NCBI GenBank assembly: GCA_050251945.1
Contig: JBFWLW010000002.1
Span: 160,001 to 224,000, forward strand
Direction: 5' to 3'
Length of the DNA stretch: 64,000 nt
Source of the DNA: Deferribacterales bacterium
GTDB taxonomy: Bacteria > Chrysiogenota > Deferribacteres > Deferribacterales > Geovibrionaceae
This document shows positions 40,775 to 49,305 of this stretch, piece after piece (position 1 is the first letter of the stretch; each line of letters begins with the position of its first letter). The notes beneath the pieces are model-generated. The model had not been told where the DNA came from. It made no database searches and saw only the letters and a program-made list of their open reading frames with translations. Position numbers and translations under genes: made by a program.

Positions 40775-41542
40775 TTAGCTCATCGAGCCGACAGAGTTAA
40801 CTGCTTTGTTGTTTAATTCGTCGATGGTCGTAACCACCTTCTGATAGGTTTCAAATGTTCTGTTAGCTTCTATCATGCGCACCATCTCGGAGATGGGGTT
40901 CACGTTGCTGCCCTCCAGAAATCCCTGCTCTATACCCGGGTTTTCAGATTCCTCAGGTAGCATGTCCACAGCGGCGAAAAGGTTTGTTCCCACTTTTTCA
41001 AGCTTGTCCATGTCTTCAAACTCCGCCGTAGCTATACGCACCGTCGGCACTCCGTTAACAAGAACGTCCCCGTTCTCTGCCACCACAAGTGTCTGGGCAT
41101 TCTGCGGAATCGGGATGTTCTGGGGAACCGTCAGGTTTGAAAGTACCTTGAATCCGTCCTGCGTAGTAAGCTCTCCCTCTGAATCCACCGTAAAATCCCC
41201 GTTTCTGGTGAAGCGGATTCCGAAAGGCGTATCAACTGCGAAATATGAGTTGGGATTTGTAAGCGCAAAATCCAGCCCGCGCCCCGTCTCCTGCATATTA
41301 CCCATTGAATAGTCAGTCTTTATATCGTCAAGCCTCGCGGTCGCGTTTATCGTCTTGTTGTAAACACTGTCCCTGATTATGTTGTCGGGATATTGCCCCG
41401 CATTTGCAAGATACTGTGAAAAAACCGCAGTATCAGCTTTGTAACCTTTGGTGTTGGCGTTGGCAAGGTTGTTGGATATAACATCCATCCGCCTCTGCTG
41501 CACCATCAGCCCTCCGGTCGCAGTGTACATTCCGTTCAGCAT
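40775..41542 (-). CDS. flgF: Flagellar proximal rod protein
   Basis: SNNLANANT, FTRNG and LEGSNV motifs; upstream of flgG. Confidence 0.85.
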   Translation of the reverse strand: MLNGMYTATGGLMVQQRRMDVISNNLANANTKGYKADTAVFSQYLANAGQYPDNIIRDSVYNKTINATARLDDIKTDYSMGNMQETGRGLDFALTNPNSYFAVDTPFGIRFTRNGDFTVDSEGELTTQDGFKVLSNLTVPQNIPIPQNAQTLVVAENGDVLVNGVPTVRIATAEFEDMDKLEKVGTNLFAAVDMLPEESENPGIEQGFLEGSNVNPISEMVRMIEANRTFETYQKVVTTIDELNNKAVNSVGSMS

Positions 41543-41545
41543 ATA

Positions 41546-42298
41546 TCAGCCCTCCCCGTTAATTCCGGTCTTTGCCAGAACCTTGTCCGTTGCCGCCTGA
41601 AGCTTTGTTCTGTCACCATGAGCCTCCGGCAGACTGTTCGCCATTATGTATGCAAGCCCTTTCATTGTCAGTGTTCTGACGGGCATCGCCTCTTTTTCCG
41701 GATAATACCAGAAATTCTTGTCCGACTTGCTCTCCATCCGCAGGCTCGCCGCAAAGACGGGAGTGTCGTCTTTATTCATTATGGAAAAATTTACCCTGGA
41801 AAAATTCGTGCCGTATTTTCTGTCAAAGGATTCCTTCGCATTGAATACGACTATATATTCTGCCTGAGCTATGTTATCCACAGGAATTCCATATTCTCCA
41901 GCCGCCAGGAAGTTGCGTATCTGGGTGTGCAGCTTCTCGTTGAACTCGTATGTACCGTCTGAATGGGTTATTCTGGGCGGGACAACATATATGAACCTGC
42001 CGTGATCCAGTCTGCGGGTCATTATATGCGTATAGTCCTCCGCCTTCTCCTTCGTTTTATCATAAAGGAGCGACGAAACATTCGTATTTGTCTCAAGAAC
42101 CACGGCAAAAAGCAGCAAACCAGAGCTGGGTTTCATAAGCTCCGTCACCGGTTCAATGATAATATTGTCTATCTTTCCGGTGACACTTTTTCCCGCCTTC
42201 GTGACAGGATTTTCCTTGACCAGGTTGACTCCGGCCTCTTTCACAGCGCATCCGCTGAAGAAAACCATTGCAAGCAGCATGGGAAATATTTTCTTCAT
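41546..42298 (-). CDS. Lipoprotein of unknown function, first gene of the flgF run
   Basis: Lipobox FSGC; GGAG RBS; 3-bp gap to flgF. Confidence 0.7.
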   Translation of the reverse strand: MKKIFPMLLAMVFFSGCAVKEAGVNLVKENPVTKAGKSVTGKIDNIIIEPVTELMKPSSGLLLFAVVLETNTNVSSLLYDKTKEKAEDYTHIMTRRLDHGRFIYVVPPRITHSDGTYEFNEKLHTQIRNFLAAGEYGIPVDNIAQAEYIVVFNAKESFDRKYGTNFSRVNFSIMNKDDTPVFAASLRMESKSDKNFWYYPEKEAMPVRTLTMKGLAYIMANSLPEAHGDRTKLQAATDKVLAKTGINGEG

Positions 42299-42348
42299 GT
42301 TTCGCTCCTGAAATGTGTAGAAGCAATGGAGATGCCAATTTGATTAGA

Positions 42349-42441
42349 CGCAATTTCCTCCATCCTTGGAGAAATTGCGCCAACACTCCGGTCGGCGAAG
42401 CCTCCCTCCGTTCACGCAAGCGGGTTTCATCCATGAAACCT
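42349..42441 (+). repeat. Structured repeat, CATCC-loop family, copy 3
   Basis: cgcaatttcctccatccttggagaaattgcg-ccaacactcc-gtcggcgaagcctccc-gttcacg-gggtttcatccatgaaacc. Confidence 0.7.
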
Positions 42442-42581
42442 CAAACTGATAACAAAGAGGAGAAAAGACTAGATTGCTTCGCTTTGCTCGCAAAGACGGA
42501 AAGAAAAACCTGTCTCTGCGAGGGCTTTAGCCCGAAGCAGTCTAATTGTTCGGTATAAATCTTTAGTTTGTCAACAACCAT
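42442..42581. mobile_element. MITE-like element (~140 bp) carrying a REP doublet, flanked by an imperfect 20-bp direct repeat
   Basis: Ends caaactgataacaaa / tttgtcaacaaccat; flanks gggtttcatccatgaaacct (42422-42441) and gggattcatccgtgaaacct (42582-42601). Confidence 0.65.
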
Positions 42582-43222
42582 GGGATTCATCCGTGAAACC
42601 TTCTTATATATCAGAAACAGCCTCCTGCTGTTTCTTCGCAACGTAAGTTTCAGGCAAAGCCTGTGTCTTACTCACACTACAAATATTTTATTGCACTAAA
42701 GCGTAGAAAGTCTTTTGTCAGATTACGAGGAATGACTTCGTTTATGCAAACTATCAAATTCCATCTTTCATTATTTATATTACAATAATAACTGAGAGAG
42801 TATGCAACAGTGCAAAATATGAAACAAGGTTGCAACATATTCTTAATTAAATATTGTAATTCAATAATTTAAAAATATTAATAAGTATCCGTTAAATGAC
42901 ATATGTCGACTTTCCTTTCTTGATATATTTTATCAAATCATATTTAAACCCTGAAGTTTTTCAGTGATACTGTTATGTTATGGCTTATTATAGTGGCTCC
43001 ATATCTTGCAGAAACATTTAGAATTCCGACTTACATTAAATTAATTTCATTTAGACCAAATATTTATATGTGTTTTTGACTAGTATGTTCGTGTGGCATG
43101 TATTTTTAAATCGAATGTGTTAAGTTACATGTATATTTCTTATATTATTTTTATGAGCATATTTGGAATATATTTTAAAAAACATGTTATTGATAATACT
43201 ATGCCTTTTATCGGAGAAGATA

Positions 43223-44686
43223 ATGACAATGAAACTTTATGAGTCCGTTGCCGACAACATACGTGAAAAAATATTATGCGGTCTATATCCTGTTGGAAGC
43301 AGCCTACCGTCCATAAAGCAGTTAATGAATGAACATAATGTGGGTAAAAATTCAGTTATAAGTGCTTTGCAGATTTTAGAAGATAAAATGCTGATAAAGA
43401 TTTTTCCTCGAAAAAGACCTGTAGTAACCGGACCTGTGTGGTCGGCGCTGACAAGTTTCAAATGCGTTGATTGGAAAAAATATCTGGATGTAGGCAAACA
43501 CATTATGACAGATATAGGATATGCGGTTCCTGCCAACAGGGATAAGCCATCCCTCAACATCTCAGAACCAAAAATTTGTAAAGATTTTGACAATGATAAA
43601 ATAATTCAGAAAGCTCTGAACAAGGTTAGCCAAAAACTTTCTGATCCTTTTTACTCTTATTATGACTATAGAGGTAACCCGGCTGTAAGGCAGAAAGTAT
43701 GTGAGAAACTTGCCAGTTACGGGGTATTTTTAACACCTGATGAAGTTCTAATAAATTCAGGCCCTAGGGAGGCTCTGCTTATTATAGCCAGAGGGATGCT
43801 CTCGCAGGGGATGGATCTTTATTTTTCTTATCCTAATTTTATAAAAACACACAATATCTTTAAAACTGTGGGAATGAATCTTGTCCCGGTGAAATCTGAT
43901 AAATATGGAATGCTTCCTGAAGAACTGGACAGAACAATCCATAAATCACGTAAAGGAGTGCTTTTTATTAACTCTGTAACTAATTGGCCTTCCGATACCA
44001 TTATGCCGACTACCAGAGCAAGGGATTTATTCAGCATAATAGAGAAAAGGAGGATCCCGGCAATTGAGCTTGACGTAATGCGTGAATATACACTTTCGTC
44101 ATTGCCAAACCCTCTTAAGTCTTTTGATACATCTGGGAGCATTGTTTATATCTATTCTTTTCCGTGGATACTTTATTGTGGTTTGCATGTTTCTGCCATT
44201 ACTGGTTCCAAACCTGTCATAAATCGTCTGGCAGGGGTAAAACTTCAAAATGACGCAGGTTCCGATATTATCTCACAAATAATATTGGGAGAGTTATTGT
44301 CTGATGGCATGTTTGAAAATTATATGGCCGAAAAAAGACCGCAAATGCTCAAAAGAAGAGATGATGTAAATATTATTATGAAAAAATATCTGTTTGATAT
44401 TGCAACATGGAATGAAACAACTGATGGAATATGTTTTTGGGTATCTTTTGACAGCCGTATAAACGTAAACAAAATGAATCTTATGGATAAGAATATCTTT
44501 TTCTCATATGGAAATATGTTTGATCCAAACGACACAACCCACATGCATATTTGTTATACGGGAATGTCGCTGGATGCAATTGAATTCTGTATCGCTAATA
44601 TTTCTGCACAGGCGAGAATCATGATTGATAATTCTGTACCTAAAAACAGCAGAAGCTGTACCCGTAAAAAACATTTTAATATATGA
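43223..44686 (+). CDS. MocR/GntR-family regulator (wHTH plus aminotransferase-like domain), divergent
   Basis: N-terminal LYESVAD...LPSIKQL wHTH followed by an aminotransferase class I/II-like domain. Confidence 0.85.
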   Translation: MTMKLYESVADNIREKILCGLYPVGSSLPSIKQLMNEHNVGKNSVISALQILEDKMLIKIFPRKRPVVTGPVWSALTSFKCVDWKKYLDVGKHIMTDIGYAVPANRDKPSLNISEPKICKDFDNDKIIQKALNKVSQKLSDPFYSYYDYRGNPAVRQKVCEKLASYGVFLTPDEVLINSGPREALLIIARGMLSQGMDLYFSYPNFIKTHNIFKTVGMNLVPVKSDKYGMLPEELDRTIHKSRKGVLFINSVTNWPSDTIMPTTRARDLFSIIEKRRIPAIELDVMREYTLSSLPNPLKSFDTSGSIVYIYSFPWILYCGLHVSAITGSKPVINRLAGVKLQNDAGSDIISQIILGELLSDGMFENYMAEKRPQMLKRRDDVNIIMKKYLFDIATWNETTDGICFWVSFDSRINVNKMNLMDKNIFFSYGNMFDPNDTTHMHICYTGMSLDAIEFCIANISAQARIMIDNSVPKNSRSCTRKKHFNI

Positions 44687-44829
44687 TAATTAGAAATTAA
44701 CTGTTGAATGGTACGGATATGTTGAGTTTTGTGCCTATCTGAATATTTAGACTTTATCTCTAATAATCTATCCTTAACACATCTATAAAACTCCTGACTT
44801 AAACCTGCAGGTTTATGATGGAGGAAAAT

Positions 44830-45960
44830 ATGAAGAATCTGTTTTATGTGCTATTTTTTTGTTTCCTTGTTTCATCCTCTGTTTATGCTCAGTCATTTGT
44901 CTTTGATGGAAACAAACTGGATGTATATGCACAATTGCGCACATACGCCATGTTTGAAAACGTTCAGGGCTCAGACAGCTACAGGGATATTGCCCAGACA
45001 GTATTGGGTACGCAGTATGACTCACGAGTTGGGGCATTGTGGAGCAAAGACAATCTCACAGCCAGGCTTGAACTCGGATTCCCCTATACCGTTTCATCCA
45101 ACGACTCTATAGCCAAGATGCGTTATTTCTACGTTACAATGCAACTTCCAAATGATTACGGCGAACTGACAGTCGGTCAATTTGACAGTATAGCAGCGAA
45201 TCCGCATTTCGGGAGAGTGCTCAACATTGATAATGCTCTTGGAGGCATAGGCAACATAGCCAATATCAGGAGACCCGGGGTCGCATATAAAACCGGCGGC
45301 TTCGCATTTCAGCTGACAAGCCTTAGCGTGGACAGCAGCAACTATACCGGTCTATTTTCAGACTATTCAGATGTTCGTTACAAAATGGAAATACCAAAAG
45401 CGGAGATTTCTTATACATTTAAGACATTTCCTCTCCAGGTTTTCAGTGCCGGAACAGTATTCGCCGCAGATGGAACCAACTCAGATGATAATGAAGAAAG
45501 TTTCAGTACACCAGCCTATCATTTCGGATTTAACTATGAACCTAATTTGGGTAAATTTCATGCAGTCGTAGCAGGTTTTTATGCTGTGAACTCTGGTCTT
45601 ATGGGTATGGTTAAAACAGGTAACGGCAAAGGTGATGTTACAAACCTGCTTCCGGTTCTAGAATCAAACGGCGATGTATATGACGTTAAAACACTTGGCG
45701 GAGCCGTCAGCGTTATATACGACTTTACTCCGAAAGTCTCAATGGAAGTCGCAGCCGGTTATCAGACATCAACTTCAGACGCCGATTCATGGACTCATGA
45801 CGATAACAATGTTGGCGGATATATTAATTTCCCTTTGAAAATTATGGATCATGTCACTCTGATTCCTGAAATCGGCTATTACGATTACCTTAAAACATCA
45901 ACAGGCGCCAATGACGCAACAGATCTACAGGTTGGTTTGCAGTTCCGATTTGCCATATAG
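44830..45960 (+). CDS. Outer-membrane porin-like beta-barrel protein
   Basis: Signal peptide (VYA|Q), alternating amphipathic strands, C-terminal QVGLQFRF. Confidence 0.7.
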   Translation: MKNLFYVLFFCFLVSSSVYAQSFVFDGNKLDVYAQLRTYAMFENVQGSDSYRDIAQTVLGTQYDSRVGALWSKDNLTARLELGFPYTVSSNDSIAKMRYFYVTMQLPNDYGELTVGQFDSIAANPHFGRVLNIDNALGGIGNIANIRRPGVAYKTGGFAFQLTSLSVDSSNYTGLFSDYSDVRYKMEIPKAEISYTFKTFPLQVFSAGTVFAADGTNSDDNEESFSTPAYHFGFNYEPNLGKFHAVVAGFYAVNSGLMGMVKTGNGKGDVTNLLPVLESNGDVYDVKTLGGAVSVIYDFTPKVSMEVAAGYQTSTSDADSWTHDDNNVGGYINFPLKIMDHVTLIPEIGYYDYLKTSTGANDATDLQVGLQFRFAI

Positions 45961-45975
45961 ATTATGGAGGAAAAA

Positions 45976-47901
45976 ATGAAAAAAGATATAAGCAGACGTA
46001 ATTTTCTTAAAGCATCAGGAATCACAGCCGCATGCGGCATGGCTCTTGTTATGAATCCTCTGGCTGCGGAAGCAAAGGAAAAGGGAGAAAAATGTAGTGA
46101 TAAGTTTTCTCTCCCAGGTACTTATAATACCATCGCCACTGATGTTGTGGTTGTCGGGGCAGGATGTGCCGGTATAGAGGCCAGTATCAATGTACTCAAG
46201 TCCGGAGCTAATGTTGTAATTATTGATAAAAAACTGATCGGACGCTGTGGCAACAGCGGACAGCACACGAGCGGCGCAATGGTTTCCGCCAACGATTTTG
46301 CCAAAGACGGCGACTCTCTTGAAGAGCACATGAAAGATGCCATTGAAACAGGCAGATACATAGTAAATCAGAAAATCGGCGAAGAAATATTAAAAGAATA
46401 CAGAGATGATGCTGTAACACTTAAATCTGAAAACTATGGAAATCTGCACCTTAGAGACTCAAAAACCGGCGAGCCAACATTCGAATACAGCAGAACAAAG
46501 AAACGCCGCTGGGCCGGATACAGGCTTCAAAATCAGACTTTTGAGGCAATGCGTCTGGGAGCAAAAATATTGGACTATCACACAGTCACAAGGATTCTCA
46601 CATCAAAGGATAAAAAAATCTGCGGTGTAGCAGCTGTGGATTTCAAAACAGGCGAATTTGTCATCGTCAGAGCTAAATGCGTTATTCTTGCAACTGGTGG
46701 AGGATCCGCTATTTGGGGGGGCAGTTCAGCAACCGAATCTTCTGTAGGTTATGGTTCAACAGTCGGATCCCATGCCTGCTGTGCTTATGGTCTCACAGGC
46801 GACGGACATTCAATGGCAGCAGCTTTGGGTGTTGTTTTAAAAGATATGGAATTCAGAACTACCTCTCCATGCGGATTTTTGCTGGCCGGAGCAAATGTTG
46901 CGTACATGTGTCCGGATATCACTGTAAGCGAGGATATAAATGGAAATAAGTTTCTTGACTCCATCCCAAAAAGTGAGTTGACCAACAGACGAGTAATGTA
47001 CGAAAAGGCCATTGTCAGGCAAAAAGGTGGTTTTACAAAAGAAGGTGCATGCAAGCTTCCAGTGACATCTTTGAGGCCGACAGTGCTTAAAGGTGCCGGA
47101 GAATATATTGAAGTTGACGGATGGGGGTTTTTTCAGCCGCACCCTATGGCCTTTATGAAAATGTGGGCTAACAGAGGGTTCAATCTGAAAAACGGCATGG
47201 CCAACGACGTTTGTCTCTATGATTACGGAGGCATTTTTATCGACTCTATCGGTCGCACCAATATTAACGGGCTCTATGCCGTCGGCGAGCTGGCTATGCA
47301 TTGCGGTGCTGAATATGGAGCCTTCAGGGTTTTCTCATCAGCAATGGCAATAGGTCACTATACGGGGAAACATGCTGCAGATTTTGCAACAAAAACTGAT
47401 TATTATCCAATAGATTTTGACCAGGTTGCAGAAACATATAAACATATTTACAGCATTTTTGAACGTAAAAAAGGAATCACCGTGAGAGAACTTAAGAATA
47501 AGGTTCAAAATGCCGCATGGGAAGGCGCAGGAGCCTGGAAAAGCGAAAAAAGCGGTAAAGAGGCTCTCGCAATACTCAAACAAGCTAAAAAAGACTACAA
47601 AAATGTTTATCTGCGCGATAAGTCAAAAGTCTGCAATATTGAATGGCTTGAGTATCTCCAGATACAGAACACTATTAAATATGCTGAAATGGCAACACTT
47701 GCTTCAATGACGCGGACAGAAAGTCGGGGAGCACATTACAGGGCTGAATTCAGTGATATGGATAACGATAAATGGCTTAAAAACATTTATCTCACTGAAG
47801 TTAATGGCGAAATCAAGGTTGATGTAAAACCTGTTGTTGTTACGAAATACCCTCTGCCGTCTGGAAAACTTTCTCAGGGCGGCGGAACATTAAATGACTG
47901 A
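45976..47901 (+). CDS. Tat-exported flavoprotein of the SdhA/FrdA family, divergent active site
   Basis: SRRNFLK Tat motif; VVVVGAGCAG, ILATGG, TGDG, GLYAVGE and ESRGAHYR motifs. Confidence 0.85.
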   Translation: MKKDISRRNFLKASGITAACGMALVMNPLAAEAKEKGEKCSDKFSLPGTYNTIATDVVVVGAGCAGIEASINVLKSGANVVIIDKKLIGRCGNSGQHTSGAMVSANDFAKDGDSLEEHMKDAIETGRYIVNQKIGEEILKEYRDDAVTLKSENYGNLHLRDSKTGEPTFEYSRTKKRRWAGYRLQNQTFEAMRLGAKILDYHTVTRILTSKDKKICGVAAVDFKTGEFVIVRAKCVILATGGGSAIWGGSSATESSVGYGSTVGSHACCAYGLTGDGHSMAAALGVVLKDMEFRTTSPCGFLLAGANVAYMCPDITVSEDINGNKFLDSIPKSELTNRRVMYEKAIVRQKGGFTKEGACKLPVTSLRPTVLKGAGEYIEVDGWGFFQPHPMAFMKMWANRGFNLKNGMANDVCLYDYGGIFIDSIGRTNINGLYAVGELAMHCGAEYGAFRVFSSAMAIGHYTGKHAADFATKTDYYPIDFDQVAETYKHIYSIFERKKGITVRELKNKVQNAAWEGAGAWKSEKSGKEALAILKQAKKDYKNVYLRDKSKVCNIEWLEYLQIQNTIKYAEMATLASMTRTESRGAHYRAEFSDMDNDKWLKNIYLTEVNGEIKVDVKPVVVTKYPLPSGKLSQGGGTLND

Positions 47902-47918
47902 GCAGGAGATGAGTTGAA

Positions 47919-48665
47919 ATGAAAGTAAAAGTTAAAGTATTTAAATTTAACCCGGGTACCGATGCCAAGCCTTATTACAAAACTTATGAAGTTCCATACA
48001 GCGAAGGACTTTCTGTTCTGGAAGCAGTCAGGTATATAAATGACTTCCTTGAACCTCTGGCCTTTGACTATGTCTGCCACCAGGCCGGCTGCGGACTGTG
48101 TGCAATGAGGATCAATGGTGGAGCCTCTCTCGCTTGCGCGACACCTATAGTGAAAGACAAAGAGAATGTAATTGAGCCTCTGGAGGGCTTCAGAGTGATA
48201 CGTGACCTTTTCATAGACAGAGAAGAACTCAGAGCAAAAGTCATGAGTATTCAACCTTGGTTTACCCGTGAAGAACCTATGACCAAACCTGAAAACATGC
48301 CCATTGACAACTACTTGAAAACAGGGGTTGCCCAGATGTGCAGAGACTGTTTTATGTGTCATTCAGAATGCCCGGCAATCAAGGAATATGGCTTTGAAAA
48401 CTATTCCGGACCATATATCCTCACCAGAATAGCTTCACGCTATTTTGATACACGCGAGGGCTGTCAGGATGAGAGGCTGAAAAGTGCTGTGCGTGAAGGT
48501 CTTTTCAACTGTATGCAGTGTGGGCGTTGCGAAGAAATATGCCCAGCCGGTGACATTGTTGAGGTGAAGGGCTGGGTGCATCTTCAACACCCGAAACTTT
48601 TTAAAGAAATGATGAATGATGCCGAGAAAAAAGGTCTTAAACCGTCAAAAACAATGAACGATTAA
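47919..48665 (+). CDS. SdhB/FrdB-like iron-sulfur subunit
   Basis: CHQAGCGLC...C [2Fe-2S] motif plus two CxxCxxCxxxCP motifs. Confidence 0.88.
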   Translation: MKVKVKVFKFNPGTDAKPYYKTYEVPYSEGLSVLEAVRYINDFLEPLAFDYVCHQAGCGLCAMRINGGASLACATPIVKDKENVIEPLEGFRVIRDLFIDREELRAKVMSIQPWFTREEPMTKPENMPIDNYLKTGVAQMCRDCFMCHSECPAIKEYGFENYSGPYILTRIASRYFDTREGCQDERLKSAVREGLFNCMQCGRCEEICPAGDIVEVKGWVHLQHPKLFKEMMNDAEKKGLKPSKTMND

Positions 48666-48690
48666 GTCTTTATGGCTATTTGAAACGTCG

Positions 48691-48717
48691 TGAGTGCAGC
48701 AAAAACTGCTGCACTCA
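48691..48717 (+). terminator. Stem-loop ending the flavoprotein operon
   Basis: tgagtgcagca-aaaac-tgctgcactca 11-bp stem; weak U-tract. Confidence 0.55.
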
Positions 48718-48851
48718 AATTTATTGTCAAATATAAAATCCGCACACTCATGTAGTTATTCTGTATGATTCAATAAGACATGAAAGTAGATTGGGGACAC
48801 GCTAAGAAGCATTAGGGCTGTATTTTTACGTTCAAATCCCCGCTTTTACAC

Positions 48852-48868
48852 TTGCAAATCATTTGCAA
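48852..48868. promoter_or_regulatory. Palindromic operator, probable Zur/Fur-family box
   Basis: Perfect 8-1-8 palindrome ttgcaaat-c-atttgcaa just upstream of the fur-like gene and znuA. Confidence 0.6.
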
Positions 48869-48885
48869 AGATGTATCATAATCAC

Positions 48886-49305
48886 ATGGAAAAATGTAAA
48901 GCAGACAATCTGCTGAAAACAACAAATACCGTCAGAACTGAGGCGCGCGAGACTATACTCCACGCAGTGCTGGACAGCGGAAGACCGCTATCTGCAAATG
49001 AATTGCATCTGATGGTAAGAGACAGAGGTATCGACCTTGCCACCGTATACCGCGCGATGAAACTTTTTACAGAAAAAGGACTTGTCCGCCCCGTACATGC
49101 GGACAGCGGACTTACGTTCTATGAAAAATCCTGCGAACACAACCCGCCTCACGCACATTTCATATGCGAAAACTGCGGCGGGATAGAGTGTCTCAAACCA
49201 TACGGATTCGACGAGTCCGCTTTCTTCATAAAACTCGGACAGCAAAAAGAAGTGTCGTCCGTAGAACTCATACTTAAAGGAAGGTGCAGCTCATGCGCAA
49301 GTTAG
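48886..49305 (+). CDS. Fur-family regulator (probably Zur)
   Basis: DLATVYR, HAHFICENC and C-terminal CSSC; overlaps the znuA-like gene. Confidence 0.85.
   Translation: MEKCKADNLLKTTNTVRTEARETILHAVLDSGRPLSANELHLMVRDRGIDLATVYRAMKLFTEKGLVRPVHADSGLTFYEKSCEHNPPHAHFICENCGGIECLKPYGFDESAFFIKLGQQKEVSSVELILKGRCSSCAS

Noticed and set aside
42153..42641. Short ORFs at 42153-42434, 42268-42558 and 42441-42641 (also 699-1019, 1146-1394, 29328-29594)
   Set aside because: They run through repeat or MITE sequence or overlap real genes, and show no protein motifs.
45976..48665. Calling the pair sdhAB or frdAB
   Set aside because: Catalytic and FAD-linking residues appear altered, a Tat signal is present and no anchor subunit is encoded.
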